This document shows, one piece after another, positions 26,435 to 36,359 of a DNA stretch of 64,000 nt. The first letter of the stretch is position 1; every line of letters begins with the position of its first letter. The DNA lies in NCBI GenBank assembly GCA_004347685.1, contig SLTJ01000024.1:40622-104621 (forward strand), given 5' to 3'. The stretch is from Clostridia bacterium. GTDB taxonomy: Bacteria; Bacillota; DSM-521; Neomoorellales; SLTJ01. The translations under genes and the position numbers were made by a program. The notes under the pieces were generated by a model that ran no database searches, was not told where the DNA came from, and saw only the letters and a list, made by a program, of their open reading frames with translations.

Positions 26435-27328
26435 CTAGGCGAAATTATCCGGGTCGTCAGGATTATACCGGCCCAGGGGCGGCTGCTCGCTTGTCTCCAG
26501 GCCGGCTTCGTAGTCGCCAAAGAGCTCGTTGATGTCCTTGATTATCTTGCGGTTTAAGGCCATAATCGGAATGCCCATGGGGCATACCCGCTCGCATTCC
26601 CCGCACTCGACGCACCGGCCGGCCACGTGAAAGGCCCGGGTCAGGGCGTAGAAGGCGTTTTGGGACGGGGCCACTTCCTTATCCAACCAGCGCGGTTCGT
26701 CCAGGTCGAAGCAACAATAAGTGCAGTTACAGGCCGGGCAAACATTGCGGCAGGCGAAGCAACGGATGCAGCGGGCGAATTGTTTTTCCCAAAAGGCATA
26801 CCTATCTTCTATCCCCATTTTTTCTATTTCGTCCACGTGGGCGAACCGCTCACCGGAGGGCTCAACCTCGGGAACAGGCTGCCCCAAGAGGCGGTCGTAA
26901 AGCACTGGGTTGCGGTGCGTGCAGTGGCGACACTTGGACGCCACGGGCAGGTCAGAAGTATCCCCCGGCTTCTGTCCCAGGGCCGCAGCCGGGTCCTTCA
27001 TCCCGGGGCAAGGTACGCCGATCAGGTAAACCCGTTGGCGCGAAAGTTGCTGGTCGCTCAGGAGGCGGACGATGCCCCGGGAATCGCAACCCTTGACAAA
27101 GATGGCTACCCGGTCCTGGCTATAGCGGTCATCCAACAGGTATGAACTCAGGTTGGGCAGGCAAAACTCGTCCCAGACCAGGCGGGAAGCTTCGTCCGGG
27201 GAGAAGATGAAAGCCGGCGCGGACTGGTACCAGAGGGTACCCTTTTCCCAGCCAAGGACGCATTTCACCTCTTGGGCGGTCAGCAATTCAGAAGCTATCT
27301 GCTGCATTTCCTCGGTTATCGGGTTCAT
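26435..27328 (-). CDS. flxC: 4Fe-4S protein, FlxC-like
   Basis: CIRCFACRNVCPACNC and CVECGECERVCP. Its ATG overlaps the flxD stop (ATGA). Confidence 0.65.
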   Translation of the reverse strand: MNPITEEMQQIASELLTAQEVKCVLGWEKGTLWYQSAPAFIFSPDEASRLVWDEFCLPNLSSYLLDDRYSQDRVAIFVKGCDSRGIVRLLSDQQLSRQRVYLIGVPCPGMKDPAAALGQKPGDTSDLPVASKCRHCTHRNPVLYDRLLGQPVPEVEPSGERFAHVDEIEKMGIEDRYAFWEKQFARCIRCFACRNVCPACNCTYCCFDLDEPRWLDKEVAPSQNAFYALTRAFHVAGRCVECGECERVCPMGIPIMALNRKIIKDINELFGDYEAGLETSEQPPLGRYNPDDPDNFA

Positions 27329-27768
27329 CCGGCATCCCTCAACTTCCCGTTCGGCCCCAGAGGCAGCAGGCTTTCGGTGAAATCGGCAATGATCTGGGCA
27401 AATCTAGCTCCCTCGGAGCCGGATACCCAGCGAGCCTGAAAGCGCTGGGGGTCCACCCCCACGTATTCCAGCAGCCGCTGCATGATCAGGAAGCGGCGGC
27501 GGGTAAAATAATTGCCACTAACATAGTGGCAGTCACCCGGGTGTCAGCCGGCCACCAGCACCCCGTCGGCGCCCCTTTGAAACGCCCGCAGCACGAGCTG
27601 CGGGTTTACCCGGCTGGAACAGGGCACCCGTACCAGCCGTACGTTAGGCGGGTAATTCAGCCGGTTCAGCCCGGCCAAATCCGCCCCGGCATAGGCGCAC
27701 CAGTGGCAGCAGAAAGCCACTATTCTGGGCTCCCAGTTGGCATCTACCGTAGCAGCATTCACAGACAT
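27325..27768 (-). CDS. flxD: MvhD/FlxD-like Fe-S subunit, selenoprotein (Sec at TGA 27544..27546)
   Basis: The track ORF stops at ..[12 protein letters not shown]. The same frame continues [50 protein letters not shown].. to the TGA at 27325..27327. The TGA sits where MvhD proteins have the Cys of GC-x-x-GDCHY. Confidence 0.8.
27513..27531 (-). promoter_or_regulatory. Candidate bacterial SECIS hairpin for flxD/mvhD
   Basis: mRNA UGCCACU-AUGUU-AGUGGCA, a perfect 7-bp stem starting 12 nt after the UGA. Confidence 0.5.
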
Positions 27769-29747
27769 ACCACATCCACCTCCGCCAGCAACTGGTCGTC
27801 AGTAAATCCTTTCAAGGTAACAGCCCCGGTCCGGCAGGCTACATTGCAGGCGCCGCAGCCCTGGCACAGGCCGCTGTTGACACTGGCCACCTGGCGCTGC
27901 CGCTGCCCGCCCGGGATACGTTCCTGGATGGTTTTTAATTCGATGGCCTTGTAAGGACATACCGGTACGCACAGGCCGCAGCCCGAGCAAAGCCGTTCGT
28001 TGACCTCGGAAATCAGGGGCTCGGTAGTCATCTCATCCCGGCTGAAGAGAGAGCAAACCTTCGCCGCGGCGGCCCCGGCCTGGGCCACTGTATCCGGGAT
28101 GTCCTTGGGCCCCTGGCAGGCTCCGGCCAGGTACACCCCGGCTGTGAAGGTTTCCACCGGCCGCAGTTTGGGATGGGCCTCCTGGAAAAAGCCGTCCTTG
28201 TCCGTGGCCACCCCTACGGTCCGGGCGATTTGTTCCCACCCCCGGCTGGGAATCATGGCCGTGGCCAGCACCACCAAGTCAGCCGCTACCTCCACCTGCC
28301 GGCCCAGCAGGGTATCCTCGCCGCAGACCATCAGCTTATCGCCCTGGGGATAGATGCGGGATACGCGGCCGCGCAGGTAAACCGCCCCTTCGTGTACCGA
28401 TTTCTGGTAAAACTCATCGTAGGCCTTGCCCGGCGTACGCACGTCCATGTAAAAGACATAGGCCTGGCTGCCGGGTATCTTATCCAGCACCTGGTGGGCG
28501 TGCTTGGCGGTGTACATGCAGCAGGCCCTGGAGCAGTATGCCTTTCCCTTCACCTCGTCCCGGGAGCCGACGCACTTAATAAATGCTACCGTCTGCGGCA
28601 CCTTTGCGTCTGAAGGCCGCACAATGCGGCCGCCGGTAGGCCCGGAGGCATTGTTCATCCGCTCGAACTGCAGCCCGGTGATGACATCGGGATACTTCCC
28701 ATAACCGTACTCGCCGTAAGCTTCCTCCCAGGGGAACAAGTCGTACCCGGTAGCCATTACGATGGCGCCGAATTTTTCCTTTATTACCTGGTCCTGCTGT
28801 TCATAGTCCACCGCCTTGGCCGGGCAGACATTCTGGCAGACCCGGCACTTACCCTTTTCCCGGGTAAAATGGCGGCAGTTGGACCGGTCAATGACCGGCA
28901 CGTTGGGCACAGCCTGCGGGAAGGGCGTGTAGATGGCCTTGCGCTGGGCCAATTCCTGGTCGAACTCGCTGGTGACCTTCTGCGGGCATTTTTCCCAGCA
29001 GGAGCCGCAGCCGGTACAGGCGTCCACGTCAACCGACCTGGCCTTCTGGCGGATGGTCACCTCAAAATTCCCTACGTAGCCTTCTACCTGCTCGACTTCA
29101 GCATAGGTCATTATCTTAATGTTAGGGTGCTGCGCCGCAGCCACCATCTTGGGGGTGCTGATTCAAGCCGAGCAGTCCAAAGTAGGGAAGGTCTTGTCCA
29201 GCATCACCATTTTTCCACCGATGGTGGGTTCCCGGTCCAGCAGCACCACTTCGTACCCGGCGTCAGCCACGTCCAGCGCCGTCTGCATACCGGCGATGCC
29301 GGCACCGATGACCAGCAGCCGGTGTCTTACCGGGATGGACGAAGGGGTCAGCGGGGCGTGCTTCTTTACCTTGGCTACGGCCATGCGCACCAGGTCAATG
29401 GCTTTGGCCGTAGCCCGCTCCTTATCCCCGGCATGCACCCAGGCGCACTGTTCGCGGATATTGGCCATCTCAAAAAGGTACGGGTTTAGCCCGCCGTCGG
29501 CCACCGCCTTGCGGAAGGTGGGCTCGTGTAGGCGCGGGGTGCACGAGGCTACCACCACGCGGTCCAGGTGATGCTCGGCAATGGCCGATTTGATCAAATC
29601 CTGGCCCGGCAGGGAACACATAAACTGGTAGTCAGTGGCGAAGGCTACCTCGGGATAGTCCTTGACAGCTTCCACCACCCGCTTGACATCCACGTTGGCG
29701 GCGATATTGGTTCCGCAGTGACAGATAAAAACCCCTACTCTTCTCAC
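27759..29747 (-). CDS. hdrA: Heterodisulfide reductase subunit A, selenoprotein (Sec at TGA 29163..29165)
   Basis: Track ORFs 29163..29747 and 27759..29147 share one frame. The junction reads [31 protein letters not shown], matching the HdrA FPTxDCSxC motif with the second Cys replaced by TGA. FAD motif [10 protein letters not shown] and C-terminal ferredoxin clusters are present. Confidence 0.85.
29126..29145 (-). promoter_or_regulatory. Candidate bacterial SECIS hairpin for hdrA
   Basis: mRNA GGUGGCUGCGGCGCAGCACC folds as a GC-rich stem (one bulged G) with a G-containing apical loop, starting 18 nt after the UGA. Confidence 0.4.
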
Positions 29748-30643
29748 GTTTCTTCCCTCCTGGTAACGGGGTGGCGCAGGAGTTCCTTGCTTTCCAGCAG
29801 GGGAGCGACAGGGACAAAATGGCGGTTAATCCCCAAGTCTTTCGGCGCATAGGCAAAGGCCAGCCCCATCAACTCGGTAAAGTAAAATACAGGCAGGCTA
29901 AAGCTGGCGTTGTGCTCCCGGCCGACCTGCTCCTGGCGCATGTCCAGGTTCAGAAAGCAGAGAGGGCAGGCTGACACCAAGCAATCGGCACCGGCCGCGG
30001 CGGCCCCGCTGTAGATGCGGTAAAGCAGGCGGGAGGCGATATCCGGCCTGGTGGTGGTATGCCCGGCGCCGCAGCACTCGATCTTAAAGGGCCAGTCAAC
30101 CGGGGTCCCGCCCAGGGATGCCACCAGCCGGTCCATGCTCTGAGGGTTCTCCGGGTCGTCAAAACCGGTTATCTCCGGCGGCCGGACCAGCAGGCAACCG
30201 TAATAGGCGGCCACCTTCAGGCCGGTCAACGGCTTGACTACTTTTTCCGCGATCGTTTCCAGCCCCACGCGGTTAACCATGATATCCAGCAAGGCACAGG
30301 TTTCGTTGCTGGCCCGGTAGTCCATGCCAATGATGTCGTTTATCGTCTGCCTCATGGCCTCGGAGTTGCGGGCAGCCGCCTGGGCGGCCCGCATGCGGTT
30401 AAAGCAAGCGGCGCAGGGAACGGCCACGTCCAGTCCCTCTTGTTCGGCAATGGCCAGGTTGCGAGCCGGCAGGGCCACCGCCAAGGTATGGTTGGTGTTA
30501 TGCGCAGCCGAGGCCCCGCAGCAATTCCAGTCGGGAATCTCCCAGAGTTCTATCCCCAGGTGCTTGGCCACCTGCCGGGTGGACAGGTCGTACTCCAGGC
30601 CGGTGGCGTGTAGGGAGCAGCCGGGGTAGTAGGCGTACTTCAT
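29744..30643 (-). CDS. hdrB: Heterodisulfide reductase subunit B
   Basis: MKYAYYPGCSL..WNCCGA and a second CCG-domain motif ECCGAG. Confidence 0.85.
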   Translation of the reverse strand: MKYAYYPGCSLHATGLEYDLSTRQVAKHLGIELWEIPDWNCCGASAAHNTNHTLAVALPARNLAIAEQEGLDVAVPCAACFNRMRAAQAAARNSEAMRQTINDIIGMDYRASNETCALLDIMVNRVGLETIAEKVVKPLTGLKVAAYYGCLLVRPPEITGFDDPENPQSMDRLVASLGGTPVDWPFKIECCGAGHTTTRPDIASRLLYRIYSGAAAAGADCLVSACPLCFLNLDMRQEQVGREHNASFSLPVFYFTELMGLAFAYAPKDLGINRHFVPVAPLLESKELLRHPVTRREET

Positions 30644-30645
30644 GG

Positions 30646-31200
30646 TTATTCCCCTTCCTGAGAGTGGGCGCGGGCAAAGATCCTAGCTACGGCCTCCCGC
30701 CCGGCTTTTTCGGCCCGAGGGGATATTTTCCCGTCCCGCCAGAGTTTGGGAGCAAAAGCGGCATCCTTAAACCACTTCCCGCTTTTTAGGTTAAAGCGCA
30801 GGATCAGGCCCATTTCGTGGACCCGGCCGTTTTGCTGCACAGACTGCAGGAAAAGATCGTCAAACAACCCCACCGCCTTTTCGGGCACCAGCCCCTGGTT
30901 CTTGGCTTCTATCCGCAGGGTTTCCATAACGCCGGCGATGTTGACTCCCTTTGGACAGCGGGTAGAACAAGTGATACAGCTAGCGCAGAGCCAGGGCGAG
31001 TGGGCCCCGACGGCTTCGTCGTAAAGGCCCAGTTGCAGCAGGCGCATTATCTGCCGGGGGGAATAGTCCATGGCAAAGGCTACCGGGCACCCGGCCGTGC
31101 ACTTACCGCACTGGTAGCAATTCCGTACCTCGACCCCGGCAGCCTTTTCAAGCCTTTGCAGCTCTTTCGCCGCCCCGGCCTTCGTCGCAGTTAGTTCCAC
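30646..31200 (-). CDS. hdrC: Heterodisulfide reductase subunit C
   Basis: CYQCGKCTAGCP and CASCITCSTRCP. Start is uncertain: GTG at 31200 after GAAGGAGGG, while the track ORF starts at 31266. Confidence 0.8.
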   Translation of the reverse strand: MELTATKAGAAKELQRLEKAAGVEVRNCYQCGKCTAGCPVAFAMDYSPRQIMRLLQLGLYDEAVGAHSPWLCASCITCSTRCPKGVNIAGVMETLRIEAKNQGLVPEKAVGLFDDLFLQSVQQNGRVHEMGLILRFNLKSGKWFKDAAFAPKLWRDGKISPRAEKAGREAVARIFARAHSQEGE

Positions 31201-31447
31201 CCCAATCTTTTCCCTCCTTCTATCTCCCGCAGGTATTGCCGCTTTTAAGGCAACAAGAACTTGCAACTATTAGTACTTCAGTACTTCGCGATAAGCAGGT
31301 AATTTCCTGCCGGGCGCAAGAAAATTCCTGGTATAGCCCGGACTGCAGTTTCAGCAGGGCTGGCGGGGACGAGATTCATCCGGGCATAGTCTTGGTCTAA
31401 CCCGGGAATGCTACCAACAGACCATGTTATAAGGGGGCACAAGATTC

Positions 31448-31918
31448 GTGGCTAATACTACCATAGCAGTGTTTAGCGACCAGGACCAGGCGGAAAGGGC
31501 TGTGGCCGCCCTGCGGGAAAACGGCTTTGACCGGGAAATCTCGGTGGTGGCCAAAGAAGGCCGGGAAATCAACGCCGGCGGCGACGTTGACGTGGATACG
31601 GTGAGCGATGGGGCTACCACCGGCGGCGTCCTGGGGGGGCTGGCCGGGCTGGCAGCCGGGGCCGGGGCCCTGGCCATTCCCGGGATCGGTCCCCTGGTGG
31701 CCATGGGACCGATCGCGGGTCTTCTTTCCGGAGCGATGACCGGGGGGCTGGCCGGCGGCTTGATTGACTGGGGCGTGCCCCAACAGGAAAGCCGGGAGTA
31801 CGAACAGGATGTGAAGGAAGGCAAGATCCTGGTCTCGGTCCGTTCGGAACGGCCCAAGGTGGACAACGCGGCCTCCATCCTTCGGAGCTATGCCGCAGAA
31901 GACGTGAAGGTGCACTAA
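31448..31918 (+). CDS. YflT/general-stress-protein-17M-like protein with a glycine-zipper segment
   Basis: N-terminus AVFSDQDQAERAVAALRENGF, central GGVLGGLAGLAAGAGALAIPGIGP, C-terminus YEQDVKEGKILVSV. Confidence 0.55.
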   Translation: MANTTIAVFSDQDQAERAVAALRENGFDREISVVAKEGREINAGGDVDVDTVSDGATTGGVLGGLAGLAAGAGALAIPGIGPLVAMGPIAGLLSGAMTGGLAGGLIDWGVPQQESREYEQDVKEGKILVSVRSERPKVDNAASILRSYAAEDVKVH

Positions 31919-32015
31919 GACCGCACGGCCAGAAGCCAGCTAAGAACCCGCCCGCGCCTGGCGTTCGTCCCTGCCAGCGCGGGCACCTGAAGCAGGCTAG
32001 GGCCCGGTCATTGGC

Positions 32016-32091
32016 GAGGTGAGATTGAGGGGTTGGGAGCGGGACTTCAGGAGAAACTCATCGCTCCTCCATTCTCACCTCTCACCTCCAG
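32016..32091. repeat. Low-complexity inverted repeat overlapping the fdhD 3' end
   Basis: gaggtgaga (32016..32024) pairs with tctcacctc (32073..32081). Arms are built from ggtgaga/ttgagg units. Confidence 0.6.
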
Positions 32092-32862
32092 ATCAACCCG
32101 CTCTGGACAGGTATAAACAATAAATGTTGATTTCCGGTACCGGCCCAGTACGGTGACGCCCAGATCGGCGGCATATTCCAGGGCCAGAGCGGTGGGAGCC
32201 GAGCGGGAGGCTATCAGCGGTATACCCACCCTTGCTACCTTGGTGATAATCTCGGAAGAAATCCGCCCGGTGGTCAGCACAGCCTTATCGCCTGCTTCCA
32301 AATGATCCAAAAGACAACGCCCGATAATCTTGTCCACTGCGTTGTGGCGGCCGATGTCTTCACGAAAGACAAGCAGGCCTTCACTACCGGCCAGGGCGGC
32401 GCTGTGGACACCGTGGGTACGGGCGTATAGTTGCGACCCGTGGTTAAACTCAGACATCCACTGGCCAATACTCTCGGCCGCAAAAATGCACTGGCTGGAG
32501 ACTGGCTGGCAGCGGGCGTCCGCCAGGGTGTAAAACCCCGCCCCGCCACCGCAGCCGGAAGGTAGGTAGCGTTTCAACCCCCCTTGCACGGACAGGCGCG
32601 AGTACGAACCGCTCTCCACCCAGGCCATACCCTTAGTGGAGTCGATATCCAGCCGGGAGATCTCGTCAGTTCCAGATAACACACCCATGGAAAATAGTAA
32701 CCCCACCACCAGGTCTTCCAACCTGTCGGGAGTGCAGAGCACAGTCCCTATTTCCATGTCATTGAGAATAATGGTAAGTGGCAGCTCTGCCGCCACTTCC
32801 ACTGCAGTTGGCGTGGGTATGCCGTCACGTACGGCTACTGCCGGTACCTGTTTGCTGGCCAA
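32047..32862 (-). CDS. fdhD: Formate dehydrogenase accessory sulfurtransferase FdhD
   Basis: PSGCGGG.. and EDIGRHNAVDKIIG motifs. TTG start at 32862 after GGGGGGG. The last ~15 codons (DLEVRGENGGAMSFS) lie in a repeat arm. Confidence 0.85.
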   Translation of the reverse strand: MASKQVPAVAVRDGIPTPTAVEVAAELPLTIILNDMEIGTVLCTPDRLEDLVVGLLFSMGVLSGTDEISRLDIDSTKGMAWVESGSYSRLSVQGGLKRYLPSGCGGGAGFYTLADARCQPVSSQCIFAAESIGQWMSEFNHGSQLYARTHGVHSAALAGSEGLLVFREDIGRHNAVDKIIGRCLLDHLEAGDKAVLTTGRISSEIITKVARVGIPLIASRSAPTALALEYAADLGVTVLGRYRKSTFIVYTCPERVDLEVRGENGGAMSFS

Positions 32863-32877
32863 GAGAACCCCCCCAGT

Positions 32878-32978
32878 CTAGAGGCTGGAAGCTAGAGGCT
32901 GGAGGCTGGAAAAAGGTATTGAGAACGCCAATGCCAAAAATGGATCCAGCGTCAAGCTTCCGGCTTCCAGCTTCCAAG
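32878..32978. repeat. Low-complexity inverted repeat in the fdhD/SASP divergent spacer
   Basis: The left arm tctagaggctggaagctagaggctggaggctggaa and the right arm aagcttccggcttccagcttccaag are imperfect reverse complements in several registers, about 40 nt apart. Confidence 0.65.
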
Positions 32979-33046
32979 ATTATAACATAATCTGGTCCAG
33001 AGCTGCAAATAATGTATCCGGCGGGCAGGCTCGAGGAGGTCTTTCC

Positions 33047-33220
33047 TTGGGTAAAGGCGCGGGTCTGATGTCGGACGCCCTTAAGTGGGAACTGGCTAAG
33101 GAGCTGGGAGTGGACCATATCGTAGCCACCGAAGGGTGGGGCGGGGTGCCATCCCGCCAGTGTGGTCTCCTGGTGCGCAAAGCCATTGAAGTGGCTGAAA
33201 GGAGCATGGCTGGCGAGTAA
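33047..33220 (+). CDS. Alpha/beta-type small acid-soluble spore protein (57 aa), below the ORF-track cut-off
   Basis: My translation from the TTG at 33047 (GAGGAGG 7 nt upstream): MGKGAGLMSDALKWELAKELGVDHIVATEGWGGVPSRQCGLLVRKAIEVAERSMAGE. The K-x-E-x-A-x-ELGV and GWGG..SRQCG..VRK pattern matches clostridial SASPs. Confidence 0.6.
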   Translation: MGKGAGLMSDALKWELAKELGVDHIVATEGWGGVPSRQCGLLVRKAIEVAERSMAGE

Positions 33221-33266
33221 CTAGCCAAGTAACTGCCCGCCTCCAATATTCACCTAATTTCGGGCG

Positions 33267-34367
33267 CTACCCCAGACGCTTAATTCTTTCTTCTGGCCGC
33301 ACTATCCGTTTCACCTGCACCCCGAAGTTTTCGTTAACGACCACGACTTCGCCTTCGGCTATCAGGTAGCCGTTTACCAGTACCTCCACCGGTTCATTGG
33401 CCAGTTTATCCAGCTCGACCACCGAACCAGGTATCAGTGATAGCACTTCCTTGATGGGCCGGCGGGTGCGGCCGAGAATAACCGAGACGTTTAGCGGCAC
33501 GTCGAGGATCAGTTCGATGTTGCGCGGCAACTTCCCGTATTCAGGCGCAGCCGGCGGTGCCGGGGGCTCGGTGACGTAAGGTAAAGGATAATCGGCGCCA
33601 CCTTCCGGCTCGTCGGTGGCGTAAACGGAAGGAGGCCTGGGCTGCGCTTCCTCCGGTTGCGGCCCGCCTTCCAGGATTTCTTCCTCTGCTGGCTGGCCGC
33701 CCGCGTCGCCGAGCAGAAGCTTTACTTCTTCCTGGGCGACAGCCAGCGGCATCACCTGCATGATCTCGCTATCCACCAGTTCGCCGATAACCATGCGGAA
33801 AGAAACTATTACTATCTGGGCATCAGAGCCCCAGGGTATCTCCAGTTCTTCAGTATCAGTGCCCGCGCGGATCTGACTGACCAGTGGCGGAGAGATAACC
33901 ACCCGGCGCTGGAACATGGAGGACATGGCCGTGGCGGCGGAGCCGATCATCTGGTTCATGGCCTCGCCCACAGCGCTTAAGGCCAGCTCACTGAGTTCGG
34001 CGCTAGGATTGGAGCCGTCGCCTCCCATCATCAGGTCAGCAATGACGGCCGCGTCACTGACCTTTATCACCAGCAAGTTGGCCCCGTCCAACCCTTCGGT
34101 ATAGAGTACCTGCACCAGCGCATAAGGGACGGTAAAACTACTAAAGAGTTCACGAATAGTGCTTACCCTTACCCTGGGAGTAGTAATAGTTACCCTCTGG
34201 TTGATTATCTGGGACAGGGCCGTGGCCGCTGAACCCATGGAGATGTTCCCGATTTCCCCCAGGGCATCTTCGTCCATTTGTTCCAGGATCGGGGCAGGCT
34301 GCGCCTGTACCAGGGCCTGGTTCAAGAGGGCATCAATTTCACTCTGGGATAATAGCTCGTCCGCCAC
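33267..34367 (-). CDS. fliY: Flagellar motor switch phosphatase FliY (CheC-like plus FliN domains)
   Basis: LSQSEIDALL, EIGNISMGSAATAL (CheC-like), C-terminal FliN domain LDVPLNVSVILGRT..VVELD. GTG start at 34367 after GGAGGAG. Confidence 0.85.
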   Translation of the reverse strand: MADELLSQSEIDALLNQALVQAQPAPILEQMDEDALGEIGNISMGSAATALSQIINQRVTITTPRVRVSTIRELFSSFTVPYALVQVLYTEGLDGANLLVIKVSDAAVIADLMMGGDGSNPSAELSELALSAVGEAMNQMIGSAATAMSSMFQRRVVISPPLVSQIRAGTDTEELEIPWGSDAQIVIVSFRMVIGELVDSEIMQVMPLAVAQEEVKLLLGDAGGQPAEEEILEGGPQPEEAQPRPPSVYATDEPEGGADYPLPYVTEPPAPPAAPEYGKLPRNIELILDVPLNVSVILGRTRRPIKEVLSLIPGSVVELDKLANEPVEVLVNGYLIAEGEVVVVNENFGVQVKRIVRPEERIKRLG

Positions 34368-35349
34368 CGGGTTGCTCCTCCTCTCTAGCCCAGTCCACAA
34401 TTTGCACTGCCAGGTGGTTTCCGATCAATCCGGGCTGGGCCAAGAACGTCAGCTTGTTTCCAACCAGCAGTTGCAGTTCGTCGTGGACGGTGGTATCCAG
34501 GCTGATAACGTCACCTGGTTCCAGATCAAGGAACTGCTGCACGCTCAATCGCGCCTCGCCGCATACGGCCACCATGTCCAGCTCCACGTCCTGCAATACT
34601 TCATTTACTACCGGACGCCACCTTTCCAAGCCCATGTCTTCCTGGGAGGCAAACCAGTACCTGGCCGTGAGCCTGGGAAGTATTTCCTCCAGAGTTAGAA
34701 ACGGCAGGCACAGGTTGAGCATGCCCTGCTGTCCCTCTACCAAGGTGCTGAGGGTTATTAGAGCCACCGTTTCGTTGGGCGACATGATCTGATTAAACTG
34801 GGCGTTAGTCTCCATGGATTCGATTTGCGGTGAGAACTGGAATATGTCACTCCAGGCATATACCAGTTGCTCGAGCATCTTCCCCACCACCTTGCGGGCT
34901 ACACTGAGCTCAATATCGGTCGGTTCCCGAATCCGCTCCGGCGGCCTTCCCGGCCCGCCGAACAGGAGATCCAGAATGGGGAAAATGAACGCCGGATTCG
35001 TTTCGAGAATGACCGTTCCCTTTAAGGGGTTCATGGAAAAAATGGCCATGATAGTTGGAACCGGTAGAGAAACGACGAAGTCCTCGTAGGTTAACTGATC
35101 TACCGAAGCTATCTTTATTTGCACGTTGGCCCTGACGTAGGCTGAGAGGAAGTTAGAAAGCAAGCGTGAAAAATTGTCGTGGATCATGTGCAAGGTGCGC
35201 AACTGGTCTTTAGAAAACTTGTTTGGCCGGCGAAAATCGTACGGCTTGGCCTCCATACCCGGCTGGCGCATATCTTCTGCGGACACCTCGCCGGTCGAGA
35301 TGGCGCTCAACAGCATGTCTATTTCTTCCTGAGACAGGACTTCCCTCAT
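34339..35349 (-). CDS. fliM: Flagellar motor switch protein FliM
   Basis: MREVLSQEEIDMLL...KPYDFRRPNKFSKDQLRTL. Start at ATG 35349. Confidence 0.9.
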   Translation of the reverse strand: MREVLSQEEIDMLLSAISTGEVSAEDMRQPGMEAKPYDFRRPNKFSKDQLRTLHMIHDNFSRLLSNFLSAYVRANVQIKIASVDQLTYEDFVVSLPVPTIMAIFSMNPLKGTVILETNPAFIFPILDLLFGGPGRPPERIREPTDIELSVARKVVGKMLEQLVYAWSDIFQFSPQIESMETNAQFNQIMSPNETVALITLSTLVEGQQGMLNLCLPFLTLEEILPRLTARYWFASQEDMGLERWRPVVNEVLQDVELDMVAVCGEARLSVQQFLDLEPGDVISLDTTVHDELQLLVGNKLTFLAQPGLIGNHLAVQIVDWAREEEQPGGGRAIIPE

Positions 35350-35359
35350 GTTCCTCCCC

Positions 35360-35722
35360 CTAGGCCAGGGCTTTTTCCAGGGCCTGCAAGACCCGCTCCT
35401 GCTGAAAAGGTTTAACCACAAAATCCCGGGCTCCGGCCTGGATAGCCTCCATCACCATCATTTGCTGGCCCATGGCACTGCACATGACGATCCGGGCCTG
35501 CGGGTCCACCTTCTTTATTTCCTTTACTGCCGCGATCCCATCCATCTCGGGCATGGTAATATCCATGGTGACCACGTCAGGTTTGTGTTCCTGGTACAGT
35601 TCTAGTGCCCGCCGGCCATTCTCAGCTTCGGCCACCACCTCATATCCGTTCTTGCCGAGTATGTCTTTAATCATCATGCGCATAAAAGCAGCGTCGTCCA
35701 CAATCAAAACTCGTTTTCCCAT
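35360..35722 (-). CDS. cheY: Chemotaxis response regulator CheY
   Basis: 120-aa receiver domain: RVLIVDDAAFMR..DITMPEMDG..AKP-type K (VVKPF). Confidence 0.9.
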   Translation of the reverse strand: MGKRVLIVDDAAFMRMMIKDILGKNGYEVVAEAENGRRALELYQEHKPDVVTMDITMPEMDGIAAVKEIKKVDPQARIVMCSAMGQQMMVMEAIQAGARDFVVKPFQQERVLQALEKALA

Positions 35723-35735
35723 GCTGTTTCCCCTC

Positions 35736-36353
35736 CTAAGAGCTTAACCCAACTGCCTTAAGGATAGTCTTGAGTGCCCCTTCCTGGGGGACGAGGAAGA
35801 AGTGGCCGCTAATGGAGTCGTGTTCGTTAAACAAGGTGGTTTCTATCACCAGTACTTGCTCGGAGAAATACCCGCTGGAAATCAAGGCCGTGGTGAGGAC
35901 GGCCCCGAGCATGTCCAGGGCCAAGGCCGGGACTTCCGGGATAAACTTGAGCTGGGTCATCTGAGCGAAGGCGGCCAGGAAAGAGCCGGTCAGGATGTTG
36001 CCTACTTCGGTTAACGTTGACCTCTCCATCTCCCCCATCTCCGTGGTCTCCCCGCTCTGGCGGCCAAGCAGCATATCCACCAGATAATAAGCGCTATCGC
36101 CCTGCAGGATAAAAAGGACGCACGCCGGCGCGGGTCCGGTTACCCGGGTATCAACGCAGGCCACTAGGTCTTCCTCATTGCCGACCAGATGCACGATTTC
36201 GTCAAAAGGGACCAGTCCAGCCCGGGGCACCGACATGTTGATCTTGCGATTTAACAGTTGCGCCAGCGAAGTGGCGGCATTGCCGGCCCCGATATTGCCG
36301 ATTTCACGCAGGGCGTCAACTTCAATGCTATTGAGGGTGCTCCAATCGTCCAG
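35736..36353 (-). CDS. cheC: CheY-P phosphatase CheC (start extended to a non-canonical CTG)
   Basis: The track ORF starts at M 36236. The same frame is open up to the cheR TGA and encodes DDWSTLNSIEVDALREIGNIGAGNAATSLAQLL, the conserved CheC N-terminus. The only plausible start is the CTG at 36353..36351 after GGGGTGAGG. Confidence 0.7.
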   Translation of the reverse strand: MDDWSTLNSIEVDALREIGNIGAGNAATSLAQLLNRKINMSVPRAGLVPFDEIVHLVGNEEDLVACVDTRVTGPAPACVLFILQGDSAYYLVDMLLGRQSGETTEMGEMERSTLTEVGNILTGSFLAAFAQMTQLKFIPEVPALALDMLGAVLTTALISSGYFSEQVLVIETTLFNEHDSISGHFFLVPQEGALKTILKAVGLSS

Positions 36354-36359
36354 GTTTCC

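Noticed and set aside
31411-31915. Minus-strand ORFs 31411..31878 and 31427..31915
   Set aside because: They are antisense to the plus-strand YflT/GSP17M-like gene, whose N- and C-terminal motifs are recognisable. The antisense translations are P/A/S-rich with no motifs.
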